Virus record (IMG/VR): IMGVR_UViG_3300025108_000001 | Location: 1 to 64,000 of that record | Direction: 5' to 3' (one strand) | Length of the DNA stretch: 64,000 bases | From: a virus | Shown: positions 39,351 through 49,864 of the stretch, in pieces | How positions within the stretch are numbered: the first letter of the stretch is position 1 | Layout of the letters: each line of letters begins with the position of its first letter | Program-made: the position numbers and the translations under genes | The notes under the pieces: generated by a model | Database searches by the model: none | What the model was told of the DNA's origin: nothing | The model's input: only the letters and a program-made list of their open reading frames with translations

Positions 39351-41009
39351 TTAACCAACTCTCCTTTCTGTTCTTTTGTCATTATTTTGATTCCCTGCAT
39401 CCTTTGGTAATCCTGAAAATCTTTTATCGGGAGCATTAAACATACTAGGCTTGTTTCTTTTTTTAGGTGGTTCTGATTTAACTTTTTCGGGAACACCCGC
39501 TTCGGCCATTGTCGGTTTATTTCCTTCCGCCATCATTTGACCTAACTGACTAGCATCAATATCCGTACCTGCGTAAGGGTCAAGTTCAAACTCATCTTCT
39601 TTACCCTGTTGTTTTTCTTTTTCTTCCATAGGTTTATCATAAGTAAACCTGCCTTCTGAATCCATCTTTACTTCAAATCCTAAGTTCTTTATTGCCCCTG
39701 CAATATTAACTTCCATTTCTCTTAGTCTTAATTTAGCAATTTCATCTTCTTCTTCCGAAGGTGGAAGTTTTAATTCCCAATCTGTAATACCAAATTGATT
39801 AGTAATAAAGGGAAACACATAATTATTCCAAGTCGTTTGAGCCATCTCTACTGCGCGATTAGTAACAAGTATTTGCATACCTTCGTTATTTAATCCACCG
39901 CCCGCAGAAGCGTCATTCATAAACACTTTACTTACACCATAAAAGGCAGAAATTCTATCTCGTAAATCATCTTTTACTGCAACATATTCCATTTCTTTTA
40001 GGCTATCCATGAATCTAACCCATTCAACAGAACCCTTTCCGGTTTCCGATTCAATTCCCATTACCGGAATAAAGTGAGGGTCTTGTTCCATCTTTTCTTT
40101 AACACCTCGCCAAAACGATTTCATTGACTCCATATTTCTTGTCTGAACAGCCAACAATCCCTTCGGCATTCTTGCCTTAGTATATGATGAGTTAACATAA
40201 TTATCCATTGCAATTAATGTAGTAACATTATTCCACAAAGTAAGAATAGGAGACATACCATATAATCTAGAAGGGGAATATTTGCTAAAGTGAACTACTT
40301 CCCCTTTGATGAAATATTGTTCTTCTCCGTTAACACGATTAACATAATGAACAGGATACAATTCTGAATTACAGGTCTCACAAGTTTCACTCGGATGTTC
40401 ATGTATTCTGTCTCTATGGCGCAGACAAACATAACCCCCTTTTCCTCTTTCGCCAAGTTCATTAGAATAAATGTGCATAGTAACAGGGTCGCCTCTAAAC
40501 ACTTCTTTTATTCGATGCATTCTAACCTTAGAATTATTGTCTAAATAATATTCCTTTACTGTAACTAAGTAAGCATCATCCATTATATTCAAATCATCTT
40601 CTAATTCTTTCAATACATCTATGAACATTTGGTCTGCATTATTTACATATCCTTCTAAAAAGTTTTTAGCATACACTAATTGTTTTGAATCCGGTTTAAC
40701 TAAATCAGTAGATTCACAATCTGTGCATTGTAGGACGGGATTAGTATGTTCTTTTCCACAAGAATTACATTTTAATGCAAATTTTTCCTCCCACAAATAC
40801 CCTCTTCTGAAAACCTCTTGTTTAAGTTGGGTAATACAAGTCCTAACAATAGTTGACTGTTGCACTATATGATAAATAATAGGACTAGTTAACATATAGG
40901 AATTATCTCTTTCTTGTATTCCTAAATTGTAAACCGTTCTATCAGCAGGTTTAGGTGTAGTATTTCTAAATAGATTACTAAATGAAAATTTTCTTTTCTC
41001 TTCTACCAT
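39351..41009 (-). CDS. Portal protein with Zn-finger insertions
   Basis: VVHFSKYSPSRLYGMSPI, MPKGLL, EMEY and RISAFYGVS portal motifs; downstream of TerL. Confidence 0.88.
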   Translation of the reverse strand: MVEEKRKFSFSNLFRNTTPKPADRTVYNLGIQERDNSYMLTSPIIYHIVQQSTIVRTCITQLKQEVFRRGYLWEEKFALKCNSCGKEHTNPVLQCTDCESTDLVKPDSKQLVYAKNFLEGYVNNADQMFIDVLKELEDDLNIMDDAYLVTVKEYYLDNNSKVRMHRIKEVFRGDPVTMHIYSNELGERGKGGYVCLRHRDRIHEHPSETCETCNSELYPVHYVNRVNGEEQYFIKGEVVHFSKYSPSRLYGMSPILTLWNNVTTLIAMDNYVNSSYTKARMPKGLLAVQTRNMESMKSFWRGVKEKMEQDPHFIPVMGIESETGKGSVEWVRFMDSLKEMEYVAVKDDLRDRISAFYGVSKVFMNDASAGGGLNNEGMQILVTNRAVEMAQTTWNNYVFPFITNQFGITDWELKLPPSEEEDEIAKLRLREMEVNIAGAIKNLGFEVKMDSEGRFTYDKPMEEKEKQQGKEDEFELDPYAGTDIDASQLGQMMAEGNKPTMAEAGVPEKVKSEPPKKRNKPSMFNAPDKRFSGLPKDAGNQNNDKRTERRVG

Positions 41010-42334
41010 TAAGCAATCACTCCTTCTAATTTATCCATCTCAAACATTTTACACTTATCGTGTAATTTAAAAACAGTAGTAATATCAATACCATCCTTAG
41101 AAAAATCATAACCAACATGGTCTTTATGATTTTCATATTTCATTAATTGAAATAATTCAGTTTTTCTTTCATCATACCAATCTGCTTTTTTATAGGATTT
41201 TTTCATTCGTAATAACTCCAATAATATATCTGCGTTTTTCCCTTTCATTCTAAAATGTGGCCTACATTTAGTTAATAATTCGACTACATCATCATGGGAA
41301 TAAAAATTTAATCTGTTAACAGGTCTAGTGTCTTGCGGAGATTTTTGGTCTAAATGTAATCTACCGCAACCTAATGATTTATGCATCTCTAACATAAACG
41401 CCTTTCCTCTTTCTCCTGTTGCTACCAAACCTACTCTTGGATTGAACTTTTTATCCATAGTAATATAGCCATCCGAATCTATGAAAGCCGCAGTATAAGC
41501 ATAAATATCTTTTTTAATATCATCACTAAACTTATAGAAAGCACCATTGACATTAGTAACATTGCAAGATATAGCCATCTTGGAAATTATACTTGGAGTA
41601 GTTTTATGAAATAAATTCTTAGGTAGTCTTTCATGTATTTGCCTTGCTGAAATTCCTGATTCTTCGCTAACTAAAGAAACAATGTTGTGTTTAATAATTT
41701 CTTTTTTATTAATTGATTTCAGGTGTTTTTTAATTAGATGTTTAAACTCTCTCTTAGAAGATGTCATCTCTTTGGATAGTTTAGCAAAATTACTATTATA
41801 ACCGATTTCATTTTTATCTATTTTTGCTTCCCAATATTTACACAAAACATCTATTATTTTTCTTCTTGTATTTTCATCATCAACATATGATAGTTTGATT
41901 AGTTGGTCTTCGCTACAAGTCATATCTTGTACTTGAGATTTATATTTACTTAACCAATAAATATTATCAATACTATTTTCTAAATGATTAGCGTAACCGT
42001 CAATTAAATTATCAATTGATTTTGACATTTGTATTCTATCTTCTCCTTTCAGAGTTCTTCTATACTTACGCATTTTTTTAATCATCTTAGGGATATCTGT
42101 TCCTTCGACTTCATATTTTTTAAGTTTATATTCAAGATGTTTTCTTGCATCTGTTAAAGATAAATCAAACTCTTTAGCAAATGTTTTTTCCAATTGAGTG
42201 TGGTCTGATATAGTAGAATCAACTAACCAACTTCTCTTCAAATCTTCGGTTATTCTTTTTTGTTGTTCTTCTAGGGATTCTTCTTCATCGGCAAGGTGTC
42301 CGAGTTCTCTTAATTTGTCTCCTTTTTCACTAAT
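41009..42334 (-). CDS. HTH plus single-motif LAGLIDADG endonuclease-like protein
   Basis: YTAAFIDSDGYIT motif, downstream LGCGRL..RPHFRMK, and wHTH-like GISARQIHERL. The frame is open upstream to ATT at 42334, preceded by GGAGGTGA. Confidence 0.75.
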   Translation of the reverse strand: MSEKGDKLRELGHLADEEESLEEQQKRITEDLKRSWLVDSTISDHTQLEKTFAKEFDLSLTDARKHLEYKLKKYEVEGTDIPKMIKKMRKYRRTLKGEDRIQMSKSIDNLIDGYANHLENSIDNIYWLSKYKSQVQDMTCSEDQLIKLSYVDDENTRRKIIDVLCKYWEAKIDKNEIGYNSNFAKLSKEMTSSKREFKHLIKKHLKSINKKEIIKHNIVSLVSEESGISARQIHERLPKNLFHKTTPSIISKMAISCNVTNVNGAFYKFSDDIKKDIYAYTAAFIDSDGYITMDKKFNPRVGLVATGERGKAFMLEMHKSLGCGRLHLDQKSPQDTRPVNRLNFYSHDDVVELLTKCRPHFRMKGKNADILLELLRMKKSYKKADWYDERKTELFQLMKYENHKDHVGYDFSKDGIDITTVFKLHDKCKMFEMDKLEGVIA

Positions 42335-42357
42335 ACTCTCACCTCCGCTACTTGCCT

Positions 42358-43791
42358 CTAGAAGTTCAGTCCTAACATACCGCCTAAAGAGTTATTCGTA
42401 GTTGTGGGAGCATTGAATAATCCCATATCATCTAATAACATAAATACATCTTGTGAATTTTGCGTGGCGGCATTGGCTAATGCCAAACTCATTACTAAGT
42501 CATCGTGTGCGCCTACGCCTTCAAACTTTCCTGAATGAGTAATAGAAAACATTGACAATTCTTCTATCAACATATTGGTTAATTTTTTACTAGAGTTGTC
42601 GCCATAGGGAAAGTTAATTTTTCCATTTTCTATGTTCATTTGTAGGTTAAGAATTATTTCCTGTTTTCTCTTTCTTGTTGTGTTGAAATCAGTTACATTC
42701 AAATCTGAAACATTTCTTAACTCTTGAGTAAATGCCTTAGCAAACGTATTTGTTTCATATAGAATTTCTTCGGGTTCAAATATTTTACCTATCAATCTAA
42801 TTTTATCTATATTTTCTCTAAACTCAACATTCTTGGCTCTATCCACATGAACAATTGTTTTATTCATATTTTCATCAACTTCTAAAACAGTAATTACATT
42901 ATAATCTCCATCGGTAGAGATAGCAGGGTCAACACCAACGTAATATTTGTATCCCTTGTCTTTTCTATGTCCCAATTTTAATACATATTCTTTATTTTTA
43001 CATTTAGTTACAAATTCAGGATTGAAAAGTGCTGTTCCTGTGGAAATTGGAACACAAAGATATTCTCTTGTAAATTTTAGAGAACCGATTTCTGCCTTTC
43101 TTTGCATCAGTGCTTCATAATTCCATCTCTCCGGCCAAAGAGGTTCATTTAAAGAATTAAGACAAGGGTATCTGTTTACAGTATAGGCATCATTCTCTTC
43201 TAACTGTGCAAATATATCTGTATAGGTAAAAGGAGTGCCAATCATTCTCAATTTAGAAGTGTGATGTAGTGTCGGTATCATATCTCCGAAAAACCAATCA
43301 GTAACTTTCTCTATACCAACTATACTGAACTCTTTCAAAGGGTCGTCAATAATAATTTCTTGAGGATGTAGTCCTCTAATCTGAGAACCTACGGAACGCT
43401 CTAAAATTGCATTGCCGTTTGTTAATTGAATATTACCAATAGCCCAACCCCTGCTAGGTCTAAATTGTTTTAATGCGGGTAAGTTGAAATATCTATCTAT
43501 TTCTCTCATATGAACTAAAGTCTGCTTTTGGTTAGAAGAAATGTATAGCATCTGAAAAGGAGGCTCTTGGAATACTAAATTCCATACTACCCAACTGTGC
43601 ATAAATACAGATTTGCCGTGGTCTCTACTACAAATTATAACTGTTCTATCAGTAGTATTCATAGAGTCTAACCATTCTTGCATATATTCAGGATACATCA
43701 TACCTAAAACATTTTGAAAAAAATATGGAAAGGAAGTTTTAGATAATTCCATATCCATTTGGGTTACGAAATCTAATTCATTTAACTCCAA
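42358..43791 (-). CDS. terL: Terminase large subunit
   Basis: Walker A SRDHGKS, Walker B IIIDD, motif III IGTP, nuclease VGVDPA and HDDLVMS. Confidence 0.93.
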   Translation of the reverse strand: MELNELDFVTQMDMELSKTSFPYFFQNVLGMMYPEYMQEWLDSMNTTDRTVIICSRDHGKSVFMHSWVVWNLVFQEPPFQMLYISSNQKQTLVHMREIDRYFNLPALKQFRPSRGWAIGNIQLTNGNAILERSVGSQIRGLHPQEIIIDDPLKEFSIVGIEKVTDWFFGDMIPTLHHTSKLRMIGTPFTYTDIFAQLEENDAYTVNRYPCLNSLNEPLWPERWNYEALMQRKAEIGSLKFTREYLCVPISTGTALFNPEFVTKCKNKEYVLKLGHRKDKGYKYYVGVDPAISTDGDYNVITVLEVDENMNKTIVHVDRAKNVEFRENIDKIRLIGKIFEPEEILYETNTFAKAFTQELRNVSDLNVTDFNTTRKRKQEIILNLQMNIENGKINFPYGDNSSKKLTNMLIEELSMFSITHSGKFEGVGAHDDLVMSLALANAATQNSQDVFMLLDDMGLFNAPTTTNNSLGGMLGLNF

Positions 43792-43795
43792 AAAA

Positions 43796-46528
43796 TCACC
43801 TAAAATTAGCCTTTATGAAATACACGCCTTCTTTTGGAACACCATGTTTTATACTTATGTCGTGCATAGAATTAACTTCATTCACTATCGAATGTATCTC
43901 ATGCGCTGAAACATCAATATTAAAATCCTTTTTTAGTATCTCAATTGTAGCATTTACATGGTCGAAATTATGTGTTTTAGAAGTATTATAATATACGGGC
44001 TTACCCATCATTTTTCTGATGCTATCATGTGCATCTAATATTTTTAATTCATCTTCGCTACGCAAAACTTTCATATCCTGTATCGCAGTTTTGAATGCAG
44101 TTATTCCCTTTTGACTACCTATCTTTTTTTTACCAACTGAGGTTGAGGTTAAACTAGCGTCTTGTCTAAGAATTACATTAACGAGTTGTTTGAAAGGATA
44201 GTTTACTCTGGGATTAAATTCTTCGTACCAGTCTTTAGGAGTTTTATTACTAGAAGAATTAGGATAATAACCGTTTATATTAGAAGTTTCTTTATGATAT
44301 TCAAACCACTCGTTTACTAAATTATTGTTTTCTAAAGTTTCATATAAAAATGAACCAAACTCGGTATTTATTTCATCAACAATAACGCCTTCACCTTTAA
44401 CGAGTAACATCTCTTTTACTAAAGAACTAATTTGTTTAAATTCTTTTTTCAAGTTAGCAAAATTAACATCCTTTAGAGAAGAATTAACTAAATTAACAAA
44501 GTCAGTGATTTCTCTCAAATCTTCAGCAGAAATCATAGCGTAACCTAACTGTCTTTCTAAATCTAATATTCGTGTAAATGAATTATTTTTACTAGAACCT
44601 CCCGCTAATGATTTAAAGGTTTTAATGCTTTTTTCATTTATAGTAAAAGCAATTTCATCATCAAAAGGAACATATTGGTTGTAAACAGGCACTACGAAAA
44701 AATCTATAATAGCATTTAGCAATTCATCTAGTTCGTTTTCTGCGTTAATTAATTCTGAACGATATTCTTTAACATTTAATGTGCCTACATTTTCTAACCG
44801 CTTTTTCCTATTAATTCCTTGAATATCTTTAGCACCCATATCTAATGAAGACTCTTTGCCGTATTTAGTTGCAGTAGGCGAGACACTTTCATTGTATATT
44901 TTAGAAAAAGTATTTAGGAAACTTGAAATCCTTTTACTTTTGTTGTCTATATCTTCTCCATTTAGTTCATTATTAGATGAATCATCTTCTTTATTATCAA
45001 TAACTAAATCCGACTTTGTTGTGGAAGATAGCGGTAAATAAAATTCGGTCATTGAATCAGTAACAGAAGCCAAGTCTTTAAGTTCTTCAAAATATTCTAA
45101 TATTTTAGAATCCATTGCTATTCTAGTATTATAATTAACATCAAATTTTGCTCCTTGAATTAATAATAATTTTTTCATTCTTTTAAGTTGGTTTTCAAAA
45201 ATTGGCGTATTTTTAAACGCTTCTGAATTGCCTCTATCAGTAAAAGCACGATAGTATATAGGGTCAACAGCAACAGTGTTTTGAAAATTAGTTAATATTT
45301 GTTCTAATTGCTTTACTTCCGATATCGAAGCGGCATCTACTTCTTCTTGCATAGTAACTTCTGCGGTTTTACCACTTTGACTTCCTTCTTTATCATAAGT
45401 TGTTACTGCAATAGGGGAATCCGTCTCCACTTTATCTTCACCATCACCCAAAAATCTTACTATATTTTTATTTTTCAAAAGTTCTACAAATAATTTAACG
45501 TGAACTTTTGATTTCATATATCCCTTCACTTGCATTTTTTTAAATCTAGTTATATAATTTAAATTGGTTTTAATATTATTAGAGTTTATCTCATTTTTAA
45601 ATAATTTTAACTCTCCTACAATATCCTTTAATTCGGACGTAAGAGCCTCTTCGTCAACTTTCTCAACAGCATTAATAAAATCAGAATACTTAGTTTGAAA
45701 GTCTTCGTAGTCTTTATTAACACCCGACCAATATGAATATATTGCCTTTCTATTTTTTAAACTTCTAAGGTCTAGTTTACCTGTTATACTAGGTGCAGAC
45801 AATATAATTTTTTTAGCCGTTCCTTCCTCATCATAACTTCTAAGTATTTCAAATACTGGCTCTAATACAGAAGACAGGCCTTTTTTATTCAGACTATCAA
45901 TATACTGTATGAAATTGTCAATAGTTTCGGGGTCTAAACTAACACCACTTTTCAATCTTAAATTATTCAATGAATGAGTCTTATCAATAAAAACTCTCTT
46001 AACCGTTAAAGTTTCTCTAGAATTTCTATCCGAAAAGTTTGCAAGCATTTCATCTATTTTTTCTACGTTTACTCCGCTTCTTTCAACTAAGACTGAAATA
46101 TCCCCTCTAAAATTAGAGTTTAATTCTGACTCAAACGCTTCACCTAATATTTGCTCTAATGCGTAATTTTCCATAACATTAATTTTTTTTGGAAAATCTA
46201 ACACTTCTGTTGGAAAGCCAACAAACAGATTACTTGCTTTTCCTCTCAACCAAACTCTAAAAGCCTGTTTTTTAGATTTTGAAGACCCTTCTCCTAACAT
46301 ATCAGAAGGGTCGGATAACATGAAAGATTTATTTTCAGTCATATATTTATGCAAATGAGAAGGTTCGGAAAAAATTATATTTAATATTTCATCCATTCTA
46401 TCATCTAAACCGTCATCAGTAACATCCTTTTCATTTTCTTCTATGTGTTTCTCTATATTAAGTTCTAACCTAGAACGGCCTTTTTCAATATATACCTTAA
46501 ATAATTCATACGATTTATCAATATCCAT
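43796..46528 (-). CDS. Large hypothetical protein (910 aa)
   Basis: Long charged ORF upstream of TerL; helical C-terminal domain. Confidence 0.65.
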   Translation of the reverse strand: MDIDKSYELFKVYIEKGRSRLELNIEKHIEENEKDVTDDGLDDRMDEILNIIFSEPSHLHKYMTENKSFMLSDPSDMLGEGSSKSKKQAFRVWLRGKASNLFVGFPTEVLDFPKKINVMENYALEQILGEAFESELNSNFRGDISVLVERSGVNVEKIDEMLANFSDRNSRETLTVKRVFIDKTHSLNNLRLKSGVSLDPETIDNFIQYIDSLNKKGLSSVLEPVFEILRSYDEEGTAKKIILSAPSITGKLDLRSLKNRKAIYSYWSGVNKDYEDFQTKYSDFINAVEKVDEEALTSELKDIVGELKLFKNEINSNNIKTNLNYITRFKKMQVKGYMKSKVHVKLFVELLKNKNIVRFLGDGEDKVETDSPIAVTTYDKEGSQSGKTAEVTMQEEVDAASISEVKQLEQILTNFQNTVAVDPIYYRAFTDRGNSEAFKNTPIFENQLKRMKKLLLIQGAKFDVNYNTRIAMDSKILEYFEELKDLASVTDSMTEFYLPLSSTTKSDLVIDNKEDDSSNNELNGEDIDNKSKRISSFLNTFSKIYNESVSPTATKYGKESSLDMGAKDIQGINRKKRLENVGTLNVKEYRSELINAENELDELLNAIIDFFVVPVYNQYVPFDDEIAFTINEKSIKTFKSLAGGSSKNNSFTRILDLERQLGYAMISAEDLREITDFVNLVNSSLKDVNFANLKKEFKQISSLVKEMLLVKGEGVIVDEINTEFGSFLYETLENNNLVNEWFEYHKETSNINGYYPNSSSNKTPKDWYEEFNPRVNYPFKQLVNVILRQDASLTSTSVGKKKIGSQKGITAFKTAIQDMKVLRSEDELKILDAHDSIRKMMGKPVYYNTSKTHNFDHVNATIEILKKDFNIDVSAHEIHSIVNEVNSMHDISIKHGVPKEGVYFIKANFR

Positions 46529-46530
46529 AA

Positions 46531-48999
46531 TTACAGCCCCTTACTGTTTAACCATTCTAATGGTTTGAAACCTTGAGTTTTACCTTTTGTTGTCTTTGGC
46601 TTAGAAATAGTTTTCTCTTTGGAAACAGTTACCATAGAAACTTTAATCTCATCTAATATTTTTCGTTTGATGCTATCAAAACGTTTCAATAATACCTCTT
46701 TAATTTTTTTAACATCTGCCCTGTCCGTTTCACTTTCATCAATTTCTCTATTTTTATTACTGTCTATTTCATCATACATTGTTCTTAATTCTACATTAGG
46801 AGGGTCTATCAATTCATCTATATTCCTACTAAATTTTAACAATCTTTGATATTCCTTATTTAATTTATATTGTTCTTCTTTAGGCAAGGAATCTAACGTT
46901 ATAGGTTCGTCATTTTGATTATCTTGAGTTTTTTCTTCATTCATATATCTATCTTTAAAGATAGCGATAGAATTAGTTTTACTATCATCCATAGAACCGT
47001 CCGTTCCACTAATATAGAAATTACCCACCGCACCTTCTGTTGTTTCAGGAACAAAATCAACAGTCTTAGAGGGTATCATTGTTTCTAACATATCTTGGAA
47101 ATCTTCGCGTTCCTCCAAAAAACGTTTCATTTCCCTTAGGCTCAATCTAGTAGAAATATTCTGTATAGTAGAATTAAATTCAGACTTTTTATAATCATCT
47201 ATATTTTCAACTATATCTAAAAGTTTGGTTCTTGTATCGCTAGTCAATAATGTATATTTAACATTTAAAGAAATGGTTGGCATATCTTCCATGTCTTTAA
47301 GCACATTCTCATAGGCGTTTAACAAATCAACTTCTTCATCAGTAGCATTATCAGAAGTTCTAATCTCAGAAAGTCTAGTTAACCATGTTCGCCATCCCGT
47401 TACACTCCTTTGACCCTGTTTCACTACAATTTTACAAACACTCTTGAAATTCGATAACAGTTGTTCCCATTGTGTGCTAGTAGTTTCAGAAAAACTATTT
47501 TTTGCTTCATTAAAATCACTTTGTCTTTGACCGTCACTTTCGATAATCAACAACATTTTTAATTTATGTAAAAGAGTGCCTTCACTCACAGTTACTTTAT
47601 TAGTTATTATCATATCATCTAATCTTCCGCCTACATTATCGGAATCATACCTAAAGTAAATGGCTAAAGCACTTTGGAAGGCAGATACTTTTACATTTTC
47701 AAAGAAGTCTTTTTTAGTTCCGAATAAAAACTTAGGTCGGTCTGCTTTTCTAACATTATTCATTACATTTTCAAAATAAATTTTTGCTAACTTATCATCA
47801 ATGTCAGAAATATCTATATTGTCATCTTTTTTATCTCTAATTATTTTTGCGCTCTTGTCCGTAGTAGTTTTAGGTTTCATTTTAAGAGAATTAAAATCTT
47901 TTTTTCCTAATATTTTTGCTAATTGAGTTCTTTCAATTTTTCCTTTATGGATTTTTGAACCTGCTAATGAATCTATTTCCTCAATACTCAAAAAAGGAGC
48001 AAATTTAGTCAATCCTATTACTTCGGGAGATGAAGTTTTAATAGATATTTTTTTGTCATATAAATAAAACCCTTCTCGACTTTTTGTTTTCTGTTTTGGT
48101 TTATCTGCATCCTTTTCTTTTTGTGCGTCAATACTTCCTTTCTCATCTTCAGGTACATCTTCAGGTTCATCTTCAGTTTCAGTCTGATTATTACCCCTAT
48201 ATTCAACAGGTAGTAATACTGGTTTTTTAGTAAACCCGTTTAATATAGCCTTTACTTCTGTATCGAAAGTTTCTTCCGTAACACCTGCGGATAACGGCAT
48301 AACTACTATTAAATCATCACTTAATGAATAGCCTAAAGTTTCAGGATTATCTTTGTATTTATTAGTTAAGGTTTTTTGAATGTCTCTATCTTTGAAAAGT
48401 TTTGAAATATCTCTATTCCTTTGTTCCTTTTCATCCTTTGTTAACTTCTTGTTTTTACCTCTAGGTTTCAGAATAAGATTTTCATTTTTTATATATTCTA
48501 CTGCATCAAAATCAACTTCACCTTTCATGTATCTAAGAACATCATCAAAATCTCCTTGTTTTACTAACTTTGTCAACATCGGTTTAGTTCTATAAAAATT
48601 TTTTTCATAAATATCTAATAACATATCTAATCTATCTATATATTTTTCAGTATGAACCATTTGTGGAGACTTATAGTAAGGGTCTTCTCTTAATTGTTTA
48701 ACGGATGGTTGCTTTCCATCTTTACCTTTAGGCCTAAACATATCTTTTCCTTCATGGATATTATCTATTGATATTGGAGGGTCTCTAAAAAAACTAGGGA
48801 AAGCAACATATCTCAGTTTTGACCTTAATTGGTTAGCGGTTCGCTTGAAGTGATTATCCCCATTTTCTTTCATATATTTTTCTAATAATGCTGTCAATTT
48901 CTTTTTGTCATCAGTAGTTAATAAGACATATATTTTTTTTACACCTTCGGTCATATTTTTTGACGGTCTAGGTGCTTTCAAAACAGATTGCCAACTCAT
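46531..48999 (-). CDS. Large MSWQSVLK-tagged protein (about 822 aa)
   Basis: Probable start is the internal ATG at 48999, after a GGAG SD. Confidence 0.7.
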   Translation of the reverse strand: MSWQSVLKAPRPSKNMTEGVKKIYVLLTTDDKKKLTALLEKYMKENGDNHFKRTANQLRSKLRYVAFPSFFRDPPISIDNIHEGKDMFRPKGKDGKQPSVKQLREDPYYKSPQMVHTEKYIDRLDMLLDIYEKNFYRTKPMLTKLVKQGDFDDVLRYMKGEVDFDAVEYIKNENLILKPRGKNKKLTKDEKEQRNRDISKLFKDRDIQKTLTNKYKDNPETLGYSLSDDLIVVMPLSAGVTEETFDTEVKAILNGFTKKPVLLPVEYRGNNQTETEDEPEDVPEDEKGSIDAQKEKDADKPKQKTKSREGFYLYDKKISIKTSSPEVIGLTKFAPFLSIEEIDSLAGSKIHKGKIERTQLAKILGKKDFNSLKMKPKTTTDKSAKIIRDKKDDNIDISDIDDKLAKIYFENVMNNVRKADRPKFLFGTKKDFFENVKVSAFQSALAIYFRYDSDNVGGRLDDMIITNKVTVSEGTLLHKLKMLLIIESDGQRQSDFNEAKNSFSETTSTQWEQLLSNFKSVCKIVVKQGQRSVTGWRTWLTRLSEIRTSDNATDEEVDLLNAYENVLKDMEDMPTISLNVKYTLLTSDTRTKLLDIVENIDDYKKSEFNSTIQNISTRLSLREMKRFLEEREDFQDMLETMIPSKTVDFVPETTEGAVGNFYISGTDGSMDDSKTNSIAIFKDRYMNEEKTQDNQNDEPITLDSLPKEEQYKLNKEYQRLLKFSRNIDELIDPPNVELRTMYDEIDSNKNREIDESETDRADVKKIKEVLLKRFDSIKRKILDEIKVSMVTVSKEKTISKPKTTKGKTQGFKPLEWLNSKGL

Positions 49000-49000
49000 C

Positions 49001-49306
49001 TTATTTATCTCCAACTTCATAGAACAGTGCTTCATTAGACTCGGCAGGGGTTAATCTTCCAAGAGGGTGTCTTCCGGCATCAAAACATTCCTTACAAGAA
49101 TCTCCCAAATCCGAATTATCATTGTCCGGTTCATAATCCACAATCGTCCACTTTTTTCCTAATAACTTCATACGACAAGAATCACAAATCTTCTTACCAC
49201 ATCCTCCTTCACAGGCTGTATGGTGAACCTCTTTCTCATTAGGACTAATACCACAATAAGAGCAATCTTGTTCAGTTTCACTTTTTAATACATCTTGCCA
49301 ATTCAT
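49001..49306 (-). CDS. MNWQDVLK-tagged Cys-rich Zn-binding protein
   Basis: Tag plus CSYC, CEGGC, CDSC and CKEC. Confidence 0.7.
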   Translation of the reverse strand: MNWQDVLKSETEQDCSYCGISPNEKEVHHTACEGGCGKKICDSCRMKLLGKKWTIVDYEPDNDNSDLGDSCKECFDAGRHPLGRLTPAESNEALFYEVGDK

Positions 49307-49318
49307 TGAACTCTCTCC

Positions 49319-49864
49319 TTAGACATCTTCTCTTCTGTCAAATGCCGTATGTTGGTCTGCATTTCTTCTTTGCTTCCAACCACCTTCGACCCGTTTTGTT
49401 TTAGGTCGTCTTAAATTAGATAAAGCACTAGAGCCGCTAAGATTTCTTGTTAAAGGCGGTAATGCAAAACTAAATTTTTCATTTTTAATTGACCCTGCAC
49501 TATATTCAATTGTAATAATTGCATCTTCTTCGGGATAAGCGTCATCGAACAAAGTATTAGCCACATCCCCTCTATCTCGATTTTTTTGTGGCTTAACTAC
49601 TACATCGTGAATTTTTATTCTAAGGCTACTTGGAAGACCCTTATATCCTCCATAATGTTGAATCACGCTAACTAATTGATTATCAGGAAATTGATTCCTT
49701 CTTAGTTTGTATAAATCACTTTTACTCATCATTAATATTCCGTTAGTTAAAGCACTTTCAATAGTAATCTTTAATTTGCCTTCACTCATTTCTTCAGGTG
49801 CGTGTTTCCTACCTAACATTCTTGCTTCTCTTAAATCAACTTTTAATATTTCTTTCCAACTCAT
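49319..49864 (-). CDS. MSWKEILK-tagged protein
   Basis: Probable start at 49864 (ATGA overlap). Confidence 0.7.
   Translation of the reverse strand: MSWKEILKVDLREARMLGRKHAPEEMSEGKLKITIESALTNGILMMSKSDLYKLRRNQFPDNQLVSVIQHYGGYKGLPSSLRIKIHDVVVKPQKNRDRGDVANTLFDDAYPEEDAIITIEYSAGSIKNEKFSFALPPLTRNLSGSSALSNLRRPKTKRVEGGWKQRRNADQHTAFDRREDV

Noticed and set aside
41009-42334. LAGLIDADG ORF as an intein or intron in terL or portal
   Set aside because: Both neighbours are complete and uninterrupted; there are no Cys/Ser...His-Asn intein ends.
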